This document shows, in pieces, positions 1-8,272 of a stretch of 64,000 nucleotides of DNA. The stretch's first letter is position 1. Every line of letters starts with the position of its first letter. A program made the position numbers and the translations under genes. This stretch comes from Acidobacteriota bacterium. Its GTDB lineage: Bacteria; Acidobacteriota; Polarisedimenticolia; SMYD01. The stretch covers positions 2,253 to 66,252 of the forward strand of contig JBHHZI010000002.1 of NCBI GenBank assembly GCA_046757965.1, written 5' to 3'. The notes under the pieces are model-generated. The model searched no databases, was not told the DNA's origin, and saw only the letters and a list, made by a program, of their open reading frames with translations.

Positions 1-71
1 GGCCGGCACCGCCGCGAGGATCCCGGCGAGAAACAGTCCGAGGAACAGCGTCCGCGGCCCGGACCATCGCA
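1..71 (-). CDS. Partial CDS (N-terminus only; continues beyond the window start) with a signal-peptide-like N-terminus. Possible further downstream member of the cytochrome/NHL operon.
   Basis: Reverse-complement of 1..71 reads ATG then MRWSGPRTLFLGLFLAGILAAVPA, a hydrophobic signal/anchor-like segment. It lies 18 bp downstream of the cytochrome stop on the same strand. Too short to classify. Confidence 0.3.
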
Positions 72-89
72 TGGTTCGCCCCCTCGTCG

Positions 90-1856
90 TCATGGGTACT
101 CCCTCGGCTTGTGCTGGTTGTTGTGGCACTTCAGGAAGCACGCCCCGGCAAGCGTGCCCCGATCCTCGAACATGAGCAAACCATCGCTGTTGGGCAGCAC
201 CACCGACGTGTCGAAGTTGATGAGGTGGGAGTTGTTCGTGCTGTTCCCCTGGACATGGCTCACGCCGTGAGGGTCGTGGCACACCATGCACGACGCGTTC
301 TCGCCGTCGATATGGCGCTTGTGATCCGTGAAGCTCTCGTCGTTGAGGATGCTCGCCTCACTGTGGCACTTGAAGCACAGGGCGTACATCCCGGCAAAGT
401 CCGTCCCGGTATTGCCGTCCCCGACATCGAGGTTGCGCTCGAGCAGATGGTTGTGGCTCGAGCCGTGAGGCCCGGCCGGTCCCGCCCCTCCGGCGCCTGG
501 GCTCGTGTCGCTGTTGTGGCAGTCGGTGCAGTACAAGACGCTCGCGGTCGTCCAGGGCGCGAGCAAGCTGGGCACGTCGGGGTTCGGCCCCGGAGCCTCC
601 ACGGCGTGGTGTGAAGGGCTCAGCGGGTCGAACTCCAGCCGCGTGTTGAACTGCACGATCTGCCGCTGCGTGTACGGCGGGTAGGGCAGGCCGGAGTCCT
701 GCGGTCTGTTGGCGCTGTCGGCGTGGCACTTGTAGCAGAGCTCGTACTCGGAGAGCGCCGGATCGCGGAGGGCGCCGGATGTGTCGATGCCCCAGGTTCC
801 GGCGAGCGCCCCGGATACATCCGGAGCGCTGGCCGCCTGGGAGTAGGCGGCATGGGGGTTGTGACAGTCGGGGCACTCCGCGTGGCGCGCATCGCCGGGG
901 TTGATCTCCGGCAGCGTGGCCGAGGGGTTGGTGGGCGACTCGGCGGCGTCGTGAACCGAGGGGGTGACCGAGAACGTCGGGTGGACGACCAGCTTGGAGA
1001 ACTCGGCCACGACGTCTTTCGTGGCGACAGAGCCGTCATGGCAGGCGCCGCACGTCGACTCCTCGATGAACTTCAGGTTGCGCTGTGGCGCGTTGCCCGA
1101 GTGGGGCCGATGGCAGCTCTCGCAGCCATTGTCCTCGACGGTCGTGTAGCCGGTGTGCGCACCCTGGGTGCTCGTGTAGGTCGACTGCGAGGACTGATGA
1201 CTCGAGGGGTTGGAGTTCCAATGCTCGACCTGGTGGCAGGTCACGCACAACGCCGACGCCCGGTTGCTCTTGACCAGGAACCGCAGGCTCACCGGGTCCG
1301 TGTCCTCCGTGTGCGCGTCGTGGCACGACGTGCACTGGACCTTGCCACCCTGATCCAGTTTCACGGGATCGCCGGGAGGCGGGTTCAGGATCTCGGGGTC
1401 GGTGAGATTCGGCACGAACGAGATTGGATGGTCGTCCGTGAGGTCCGTGCCCAGGTTGGCGGGGCCCGCCGGCATTCGCCCCCCCACGCCTGTGTTCTGG
1501 AGGGCAAGAAGCCCGTCGTTGACCGTCTGGCCCAGGGCGACGGTCCCATCGTGACAGCTCAGGCAGAGCTTGGACGCCCCGGTGGGCTGCTCCAGGGGCA
1601 GGGTGACGGTGAGGGTGGTGCTGGAGTACGTCGCGTAGCTCCCCGGCGTCGCCAGCTCGTGGTTCCACAGCGGTACGGCGGGGTTCGCATTGTGGGGCGT
1701 GTGACAGAAGATGCAGATCTGCGATTCCGTGCCGGCGGTGATGGTCCCCGGCCCGCTCACCGACAGGTTGTGCTTCGAGGTCTCCACGCCGCCCAGGGCG
1801 CCGCGCACCGCGAGCAGCAGCAGGAGGAGGGCGGCCGGCGCCGCGCGCCGCCTCAT
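90..1856 (-). CDS. Secreted multiheme c-type cytochrome (11 CxxCH plus 1 CxxxCH heme-binding motifs).
   Basis: The 588-aa ORF has a Sec signal peptide (MRRRAAPAALLLLLLAVRGALG). I count 11 CxxCH motifs (CIFCH, CLSCH, CTSCH, CVTCH, CESCH, CGACH, CPDCH, CYKCH, CTDCH, CFKCH, CMVCH) and a C-terminal CFLKCH (CX3CH). Its mature N-terminus TSKHNLS matches the paralog at 4755..5483. A 4-bp ATGA overlap with the upstream NHL gene indicates translational coupling. Confidence 0.85.
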   Translation of the reverse strand: MRRRAAPAALLLLLLAVRGALGGVETSKHNLSVSGPGTITAGTESQICIFCHTPHNANPAVPLWNHELATPGSYATYSSTTLTVTLPLEQPTGASKLCLSCHDGTVALGQTVNDGLLALQNTGVGGRMPAGPANLGTDLTDDHPISFVPNLTDPEILNPPPGDPVKLDQGGKVQCTSCHDAHTEDTDPVSLRFLVKSNRASALCVTCHQVEHWNSNPSSHQSSQSTYTSTQGAHTGYTTVEDNGCESCHRPHSGNAPQRNLKFIEESTCGACHDGSVATKDVVAEFSKLVVHPTFSVTPSVHDAAESPTNPSATLPEINPGDARHAECPDCHNPHAAYSQAASAPDVSGALAGTWGIDTSGALRDPALSEYELCYKCHADSANRPQDSGLPYPPYTQRQIVQFNTRLEFDPLSPSHHAVEAPGPNPDVPSLLAPWTTASVLYCTDCHNSDTSPGAGGAGPAGPHGSSHNHLLERNLDVGDGNTGTDFAGMYALCFKCHSEASILNDESFTDHKRHIDGENASCMVCHDPHGVSHVQGNSTNNSHLINFDTSVVLPNSDGLLMFEDRGTLAGACFLKCHNNQHKPREYP

Positions 1857-2941
1857 GACGCGCCCGCGGCTTCGCCCAGGTAGCGCAGGATCTGCACCCG
1901 GTGGTTGGCCGAGTCGGCGATGAAGATCCGCCCGGAGGCGTCGATGTGAATGCCCGTGGGGAGCCAGAACTGCCCCGGCCCCGTCCCCGTGCCGCCGATC
2001 ACCGTCAGCAGGCGCCCGCCGCCGTCATAGACCTGCACCACGTCGTGCAGCCCCTCGACCACGTAGACGTGGCCGTCCCGGTCGAGGGCGATTCCCTTCG
2101 CCTTGTCCAGGTCCCCCGGACCGGTGCCCGCCGAGCCGAACGATGCCACGAACCCACGCTCGGGGTCGAGGATCTGCACCCGGAAGTTCATCGAGTCCGT
2201 GACGTAGAGTCTGCCCCCGGGGCCCACCGTCACCGCCACCGGGTAGTTGAACCGGCCGTCTCCGGTGCCGCGCCCGCCGAGCACAGCCTTGCGCCTGCCC
2301 TCCTCGTCGAAGCCCACGACGCGGTGCCCCAGCGTGTCGACCACCCACAGGAGGCCGCGCCCGAGGTCGAACGCCAGGCCGGTGGGCCGCCTGAGCTCGC
2401 CCTCTCGCACGAACCGGTCGAGGTTCCGGGCCTGTTCCCCGGAGCGGAACACCGCCCCGCGGGCGGAGTCGGCGACGTAGAACCGTCCCTCCGGGTCGAA
2501 CGCCACGCCCACCGGGGACTCGAGGGGCCGGCCGCCCGCCCGGGTCAGGCGGTGATAGCGCTTGTGCCCGGGGTCGAACACGTGGAGGCTGCGGGCGTCG
2601 GGATCGGCGACAGCGATGCGACCGTCCGGGGCCACGGCGATGGCATAGGGCCGCGCCAGCGCGCGGGCCCGTCTTCCGCGGAACAGACGCGCCAGGAAGC
2701 GTGTCACCGCGCCGCGCCGGATGCCCAGGTCCCGGGGCACGCGGAAGGAGTCGAGGTACTCGATGCGCGCCGCGGCCGGCGGCGGCGGCCACACGGGGCC
2801 GGGCGGCGACGGCGCGCCCGAGGAGGGAGACCGGTGAGCGCACGACACCGTCACGAGGAGACTCAGCGCCGCCAGCGCCGGCGCGACGCCCGCGGCGCGG
2901 CGCGTCCTCGCTCTCCGTCTCCCCGCCATCGCGCTGCCCAC
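1853..2941 (-). CDS. NHL-repeat six-bladed beta-propeller protein, secreted.
   Basis: The 362-aa ORF carries a signal peptide and repeated NHL-type blades (YVTDSMNFRVQILD, IFIADSANHRVQIL, YVADSARGAVF). It is packed between the outer-membrane protein gene and the cytochrome gene with gaps of 0-4 bp. Confidence 0.8.
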   Translation of the reverse strand: MGSAMAGRRRARTRRAAGVAPALAALSLLVTVSCAHRSPSSGAPSPPGPVWPPPPAAARIEYLDSFRVPRDLGIRRGAVTRFLARLFRGRRARALARPYAIAVAPDGRIAVADPDARSLHVFDPGHKRYHRLTRAGGRPLESPVGVAFDPEGRFYVADSARGAVFRSGEQARNLDRFVREGELRRPTGLAFDLGRGLLWVVDTLGHRVVGFDEEGRRKAVLGGRGTGDGRFNYPVAVTVGPGGRLYVTDSMNFRVQILDPERGFVASFGSAGTGPGDLDKAKGIALDRDGHVYVVEGLHDVVQVYDGGGRLLTVIGGTGTGPGQFWLPTGIHIDASGRIFIADSANHRVQILRYLGEAAGAS

Positions 2942-2942
2942 G

Positions 2943-4685
2943 TCAGAAGAACCGCCGCGTGACCCGGATGATCAGGGTGTCATCGGTGAATGCGGTCTCG
3001 TTGCGACGTTCGTAGTGAGACAGGCCCGCGGAGAACGTCCAGTCGCCCCACACATAATCGATCTCCGGCCGATAGGACAGGACCTTCTCATCGCCGATGG
3101 TCGTGAACGTCCGATCCTCGATCCGCGCCTGGGCCGTCAGCCGCAGGCCGCGCCAGAGCCGCCAGTGAGCGCCGAATGTCCCCACGTCCGCTTCGCTCAC
3201 CAGGTCCGTCCCCTGGACGAACACCGATGAGCTCGCCGGGTCGGGCAGGAAGTCCGAGACGCCGTCCCGTGTCGAGAGCGTCAGGTTGAACCCGCCACGC
3301 GGGTGGCTCAGCGATCCCTCGACGCCGTACTCCTCGCTCGACTGCAGGCCGAAGTCGAAGGTGTCGCGACTGGTGTCGCGCCAGAAACCCGATGCGCGCA
3401 TCTTCCACCCGCCCTGGAACCTTCCCTCCCAGCCCACGGTGACGCGCGCCTCGTCGAAGGTGAACCCGACGCCGGTGGTGTCGTTGTCGTCGCGTGTGTA
3501 CGACACGGTGGCGAAGATCTCGTCGTCCCCGTTGAGGTCATAGGACCCGCCCACCTCGCCGCGGTGGCCCAGGGCGCGCCGGTCCGGGCCGGAGTTGAAA
3601 CCCGCCCGATCGTAGTCGATGGAGTAGGCAGTAGCCAGGTGGGCCCGGGCCCAGTCCCTTCGGTAGTGCACCCCGGCCTCGACCCCCAAGAGGTTGTGGT
3701 TCGCCGGGCCGGCCGACGATTCCGTGTCGATGGCCCCGACCTTCAGGCTGGCGTCTGTCTCCCAGGAGCGGCCCAGCGACACGTGGGCCTGGGTCCGGAG
3801 CAGGTGGCTCGTGGAGTCCACGAACCGCCCGTCGTTGTCCTGGAAGTCGTAGCTCCACCCCATGCGGGATCGATCCCTGCGCGGAAGATCGAAGCGCGCC
3901 GAGACGCGGCTCGCCGTCAGGTCGTCCTGCTCGCGGGTGGAGAACGTGGCGTCGGACAGCGTGTAGTGGGCGGTCACGTTGAGGTTGGCGCCGCCGGCGA
4001 ACCTCGTCCGGTCGGTGAGGACGAGGCTCCGGCGCCGGAAATCCGTGCCGTTGACGCTCTCCTTCTGCCGGTGGAGCCCGTAGCGGAACGACAGGTCGCT
4101 GCCGCCGAGCCGCGTGTCCAACTCGACGAGCCCGTTCTTGCTGCGCTCCTCCAGCGCGACCGGCGAGAGGAGCTCGAAGCGCCCGCGGTCGAAGACCAGC
4201 CGCAGCTTGGGGATCCTCTGCGTGGCCAGATTCCACTCGGCACCCCAGACAGCGGTCTCCCGGTCACTCTGCGCCAGGGAGACGCCGGAAGAGTCGGTGT
4301 TCGATCGCCGGCCGTAGAAGGTGAGGGGAAACGGCCGGCCGGGGAAGAACGTCGTCGTGCCGCGGTAGCCCAGGGTCGACGTGTCGATGGCGTCGCCGTC
4401 CGAGTCCGAGTCGGTGCGGTAGAGATCCAGCCCCAGGGAGAAACGGTTGAAGCGCGGATCCCACAGGAAGCCGCTGGTGTCCAGGGCGTACTTCTGCCGG
4501 AACGAGTTGAACCGGTTGTCCACGCTGCCCGAGTCGGCGTCACTGCGGTAGTACTCCCAGTCGCCGGAGGCGGTCCAGCGGATCGGCCCCCCCAGGGAGA
4601 ACCCCTCACCCTGCCCGGCGGCGGCCGCCGGCAGGGCCAGAACCGCTCCCAGCGCCACCCACCCGAACCGCCGGAGTCCCCGCAT
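2943..4685 (-). CDS. Outer-membrane beta-barrel protein (porin-like), family not assigned.
   Basis: The 580-aa ORF has a signal peptide (ALPAAAAGQGEG). It shows alternating aromatic/hydrophilic beta-strand patterns throughout, acidic Asp/Ser-rich loops (DSDSDGD), and a C-terminal ...RVTRRFF ending in Phe, the classic outer-membrane-protein C-terminal signature. It sits between the cytochrome and NHL genes. Confidence 0.55.
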   Translation of the reverse strand: MRGLRRFGWVALGAVLALPAAAAGQGEGFSLGGPIRWTASGDWEYYRSDADSGSVDNRFNSFRQKYALDTSGFLWDPRFNRFSLGLDLYRTDSDSDGDAIDTSTLGYRGTTTFFPGRPFPLTFYGRRSNTDSSGVSLAQSDRETAVWGAEWNLATQRIPKLRLVFDRGRFELLSPVALEERSKNGLVELDTRLGGSDLSFRYGLHRQKESVNGTDFRRRSLVLTDRTRFAGGANLNVTAHYTLSDATFSTREQDDLTASRVSARFDLPRRDRSRMGWSYDFQDNDGRFVDSTSHLLRTQAHVSLGRSWETDASLKVGAIDTESSAGPANHNLLGVEAGVHYRRDWARAHLATAYSIDYDRAGFNSGPDRRALGHRGEVGGSYDLNGDDEIFATVSYTRDDNDTTGVGFTFDEARVTVGWEGRFQGGWKMRASGFWRDTSRDTFDFGLQSSEEYGVEGSLSHPRGGFNLTLSTRDGVSDFLPDPASSSVFVQGTDLVSEADVGTFGAHWRLWRGLRLTAQARIEDRTFTTIGDEKVLSYRPEIDYVWGDWTFSAGLSHYERRNETAFTDDTLIIRVTRRFF

Positions 4686-4754
4686 GGCGCAGCTCCCCTG
4701 GCCCCTGGGGGCCAGGCGGCGCTCGGTGCGCCCGCCCGCCCCCCCTGTGGAGCC

Positions 4755-5483
4755 CTACTTCTGGTGACAGCTCAGGCAAAGCCCGCTCCCGGAGTTGCTC
4801 CTGACCAGAAACGGGTCGTTGGTGTTGTCGTGGGGGTCGTGGCAACTGGCGCACTGCACCTTGCTGCCGAACAGCGGGATGAGGTTCGCCGCATCCACGA
4901 AGCTGGCGGAGATGGGCGGGGCCAGTTCACCGTCTGCGGTCGCCAGCGCCGTGTCGTAGGTGAAGTTGACGGGATGGTCGTTGCTCAGGTCACTGCCCAG
5001 GTTCGTGGGCCGGGTGCCGACGATCTTCCCGTTGATATCGAGCTCGTTCCCGGAGCCCATGGTGGGGTTGACGCCCAGGGCGTTCGACGGGTTCCCCAGG
5101 TCGTTCACGCCGACGGTCCCGTCGTGGCAGCTCATGCAGAGATTCGAGATGTCCGTCCCGCCCCCGATGTCGCTGATGTCGGTCGCGTCGAGAGTTGCCG
5201 ACGTGTAGACGCCGTAGGACGCCTGCTGGGACAGCGTGTGGTTCCACAGAGGCGCGGCGGGCGCCGCCTGATGCGGCGTGTGGCAGAAGACACAGATCTG
5301 ATCCTCGTCCGTCGAGATGTCCGTGATCTGATCCGTGCCGGCCGTCGAGGACAGGTTGTGCTTCGTGTCGATGATGTTCGCCTGGCCGAAGGCGACCAGG
5401 GTGTTGACCGCCAGGAGGATGAGACCGCCCAGCAACCAGTTATTTCGTCTTCTCATGACAACCCCCTTCGTTCCTTCACTCAT
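4755..5483 (-). CDS. Secreted tetraheme c-type cytochrome (4 CxxCH).
   Basis: Motifs are CVFCH, CMSCH, CASCH and CLSCH. The signal peptide probably starts at the internal Met (MRRRNNWLLGGLILLA, alternative start about 5456). The mature N-terminus DTKHNLS matches the large cytochrome's TSKHNLS. Confidence 0.85.
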   Translation of the reverse strand: MSEGTKGVVMRRRNNWLLGGLILLAVNTLVAFGQANIIDTKHNLSSTAGTDQITDISTDEDQICVFCHTPHQAAPAAPLWNHTLSQQASYGVYTSATLDATDISDIGGGTDISNLCMSCHDGTVGVNDLGNPSNALGVNPTMGSGNELDINGKIVGTRPTNLGSDLSNDHPVNFTYDTALATADGELAPPISASFVDAANLIPLFGSKVQCASCHDPHDNTNDPFLVRSNSGSGLCLSCHQK

Positions 5484-5507
5484 GGTTCCAGAGAAACTGG
5501 ATCGTTC

Positions 5508-6695
5508 TCAGGACTGCGTGTCGTGGTTCGATTCACCTCCTTTTTCGTCGGGGGAAACCGTTCGGCCCGAGGAGGGCGCCCGCCGGTTCTCCTTCCTGTT
5601 GATCTTCGAGCGGGCCCTTGCCGCCGCCTCGGTCAGGTACTGGAAGACCTGGACCCGGGCGTTGACCTGGTCCACGACGAAGATGCGATCTTGCTCGTCG
5701 ATATGGACTCCCGCCGGGAGCCAGAAGGCACCGGGTTTCTGCCCCAGAGCCCCGACGAAGAGAAGAAGCTGTCCCTGGCGGTCGAAGATCTGGACGTTGT
5801 TGAACGCCGCGTCGGCCACGTAGATGTGTCCCTCACTGTCGAGGGCGATCCCCTTGGGCCGGTGGAAATCCCCGAAGCCGTCGCCCGCCTCGCCGAAGGT
5901 CGAGACGAATTCGCCGTCGGGCGAGAAGACCTGTACGCGGAAGTTTCCGGTGTCCACCACGTAGAGGTTGCCCTCCGGGTCAAGGGCGACGTTCGTCGGG
6001 AAGTTGAACTGTCCCTCGCCGGGACCGCGGGAGCCCAAGGTGGCGATGTGCGCCCCGTCGGCCGTCGAGTAGAGGACAATCTGGTGCAGATGGCTGTCGG
6101 CGACGTAGAGCCGCTGCCGCTCGCGGTCGATGGCGATGCCGGTGGGGTTGGTCAGGCCCTCTCCCTGGCCCACCGCCAGGATCACCTCCCCCTCGGGGCT
6201 GAAGCAGAAGACATGGTCGAGATCGGCGTCGGAGACCCAGATCCTCTCCTGGGCGTCGATGGCGATCCCGATGGGCGTGTGCAGGGCCGCACGGCCTCCC
6301 CCCCCGAGCAGGCGCACCTGCCGGGCTTCAGGGTCGAAGACAACGACCGCGCCGAAGCCCGTGTCCGTGACGTAGACGGTGCCATCGGAGCCCGTCGTGA
6401 CTCCGTACGGCTTGCGGAGGGAGATGCTCGCCTCCTCCTCGTGCCCCAGGAGGAAGCGCCGCCAGCGGCTGGGCTTCTTCCGGAAGTCCCGGCTCCCGTG
6501 GTAGGCCTGGAGGTAGCGCACCCGCGGGAGCTCAGGCTGCAGCGGCCACACGAGTTCGGGCCCGGCGGCCGGCGGGTCGGTCTTCGGACTTCCCCTGGCG
6601 ACCGCCGGGTTGGCCGACGCCAACCCCAAGAGGGCCGCAGCGGTGATCGCCATGGCGGTGCCGCGAGGGAACAACGTCATCGAGCTGATTCGCAT
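5508..6695 (-). CDS. NHL-repeat beta-propeller protein, secreted (second paralog).
   Basis: NHL blades are present (VYVTDTGFGAVVVFD, IWVSDADLDHVFCF, LYVVDTGNFRVQVF, IYVADAAFNNVQIF). The start was chosen at MRISSMTLFPRGTAMAITAAALLGLASA (signal peptide) with a GGAG ribosome-binding site upstream. The listed ORF extends to 6785. Confidence 0.75.
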   Translation of the reverse strand: MRISSMTLFPRGTAMAITAAALLGLASANPAVARGSPKTDPPAAGPELVWPLQPELPRVRYLQAYHGSRDFRKKPSRWRRFLLGHEEEASISLRKPYGVTTGSDGTVYVTDTGFGAVVVFDPEARQVRLLGGGGRAALHTPIGIAIDAQERIWVSDADLDHVFCFSPEGEVILAVGQGEGLTNPTGIAIDRERQRLYVADSHLHQIVLYSTADGAHIATLGSRGPGEGQFNFPTNVALDPEGNLYVVDTGNFRVQVFSPDGEFVSTFGEAGDGFGDFHRPKGIALDSEGHIYVADAAFNNVQIFDRQGQLLLFVGALGQKPGAFWLPAGVHIDEQDRIFVVDQVNARVQVFQYLTEAAARARSKINRKENRRAPSSGRTVSPDEKGGESNHDTQS

Positions 6696-6785
6696 GGTCC
6701 GGTCTCCTCGGGGGACGTGGTGGCCGCGCCACCTCCCTCTGTCTCGGGGTGTGGCGCAAGAATCATTCCATGGGGAAGCGTTCAC

Positions 6786-6850
6786 AAGTAGTCCATAACA
6801 TATTGTTTAATATGGCTTTACCTTGTTGTCATGGGTGCGGTTCCGGGACT
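6786..6850 (-). promoter_or_regulatory. AT-rich putative promoter region for the minus-strand NHL/cytochrome/outer-membrane-protein operon.
   Basis: The roughly 60-bp segment (ccataacatattgtttaatatggctttaccttgttgtc) is far more AT-rich than the ~70% GC surroundings. It lies immediately upstream of the first operon gene. No -10/-35 assignment was made. Confidence 0.35.
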
Positions 6851-7259
6851 TTGTGAGGAAAATCACAAAAATCTGGGGCATTTCACACAGGCGGCCGCCG
6901 GAGCCCCGCGTCGGCGTTTGCGCTGGCGCTGGGTCCTGCCGGTGCGACCCGGCCGGTTCGTGGACAGGGCGGCGCCGGCATGGGGTGCCTTCCACCGCCC
7001 GGCGGAAGGAACTGAACCGCCCTGGGCTGGCCGGAGACTCCCGAGTGTGAGACGACGGGGTTCGTGACGAGACAAACGGGGTCTTCCCCGGAGGTACGGG
7101 GACCGGGCGGTGCGGCTGGTCCTGGAGCACCAGGACCAGCATGATGCGCACCGGGCGGCGATGGAGTCGATGGACGACAAGCACAAGGCTCGTCCGGACG
7201 ATCCCGAGCGGCTGCCGGCGCCGACGGTCATGTAGAATACCGCTCCCACGCCAGACCGT

Positions 7260-7336
7260 GCGCCGGTAGCTCAGCTGGATAGAGCATCAGACTTCGAATC
7301 TGAGGGTCGGGGGTTCGAATCCCTCCCGGCGTACCA
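7260..7336 (+). tRNA. tRNA-Arg (anticodon TCG).
   Basis: Cloverleaf folds by eye. The acceptor stem GCGCCGG pairs with CCGGCGT. The D-arm is GCTCAGCTGGATAGAGC. The anticodon stem TCAGA/TCTGA has loop CTTCGAA (U33, anticodon TCG, A37). The T-arm is GGGGGTTCGAATCCCTC, followed by a discriminator A and an encoded CCA. Confidence 0.9.
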
Positions 7337-7537
7337 TGCAGAAGGGGCCCATGCCGGTGACTCCGGTGTCGCCGGCACGGGACAGGGCGCTGGCGAGCGA
7401 TGGTGGCCCGGGGCGTTGCCTTGGCGGGGACACTTTCCTATCATGGGGTGCTCTTGCTTGCGGCGCCGGGGGTGAGGAGTCTGAACCCTTCTACCTCTCC
7501 CGGCGACTCGGGCCACGTCCTTCATCAAGATTTCCAA

Positions 7538-8272
7538 GTGACCGATCGAGCCTTCGAAGCCGAGAAGCGAGCCAATATTGCACGGCTTGCGGAACGCACC
7601 GATCTCGTGGACCTGTCGAACGAGTGGCTGGCAAAGGTCTCGGAGCTGGGATACAGCTACCACTTCACCTGGATGGGACAGCCGATCATCCAGTTCCCCC
7701 AGGACATGGTCGCCATGCAGGAGATCATCTGGGCGGTCAAGCCCGACCTGATCGTCGAGACGGGCATTGCCCGCGGCGGGTCTCTGATCTACTACGCATC
7801 GCTTCTGGAACTGATCGGCGGAGACGGCCGTGTCCTGGGCATCGATATCGACGTCCGGGAGCACAACCGCGTGGCGATCGAAGCACACCGCATGTTCAAG
7901 CGCATCGATATGATCCATGGGTCGTCCGTGGCTCCGGAGGTGGTGGCGCAGGTCTCCTCACGCTGCGCGGGGGCGAAATCCGTGATCGTGATTCTCGACA
8001 GCAACCACACTCACGATCATGTCCTGGCGGAACTGCAGGCGTACTCGCCCCTCGTGACGAAGGGGGGCTACCTTGTTGTGTTCGACACGGTGATCGAGGA
8101 GATGCCTGCCGATTCCTTTCCCGATCGGCCGTGGGGTATCGGTGACAATCCCGCCACGGCTGTGCGGGCTTTCCTGAAGACCACCGACCGCTTCGAGATC
8201 GACCGTGCGATTCCCGGCAAGTTGCAGGTCACCGTTGCCCGGAGTGGCTACCTCAGGTGCATCGCGGACTGA
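7538..8272 (+). CDS. CmcI / cephalosporin-hydroxylase-family class I SAM-dependent (sugar O-)methyltransferase.
   Basis: The sequence QPIIQFPQDMVAMQEIIWAVKPDLIVETGIARGGSLIYYASLL...GRVLGIDIDV fits the CmcI/Methyltransf_24 pattern as recalled. The listed ORF starts at 7400. I chose the in-frame GTG at 7538 to give a protein of about 245 aa, which is typical for the family. The start is uncertain. Confidence 0.55.
   Translation: MTDRAFEAEKRANIARLAERTDLVDLSNEWLAKVSELGYSYHFTWMGQPIIQFPQDMVAMQEIIWAVKPDLIVETGIARGGSLIYYASLLELIGGDGRVLGIDIDVREHNRVAIEAHRMFKRIDMIHGSSVAPEVVAQVSSRCAGAKSVIVILDSNHTHDHVLAELQAYSPLVTKGGYLVVFDTVIEEMPADSFPDRPWGIGDNPATAVRAFLKTTDRFEIDRAIPGKLQVTVARSGYLRCIAD

Noticed and set aside
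111-1883. Overlapping plus-strand ORFs (111..614, 723..1883 etc.) across the multiheme cytochrome gene.
   Set aside because: Same GC-driven artefact. The minus-strand frame carries 12 heme-binding motifs and a signal peptide.
3303-6791. 1162-aa plus-strand ORF antisense to the cytochrome/NHL/outer-membrane-protein operon. Similar long antisense ORFs lie at 18567..20618, 22070..24232, 24247..25935, 45865..48732, 50348..53242, 58959..60854 and 62836..63942.
   Set aside because: High GC depletes stop codons in non-coding frames. These ORFs have low-complexity Arg/Ala/Gly/Pro-rich translations with no recognisable motifs. Each is fully shadowed by an opposite-strand gene with clear family signatures.
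7200-7259. Possible tRNA-Arg promoter (TAGAAT at about 7233-7238).
   Set aside because: The -10-like hexamer is present but no convincing -35. It is too weak to list as a feature.
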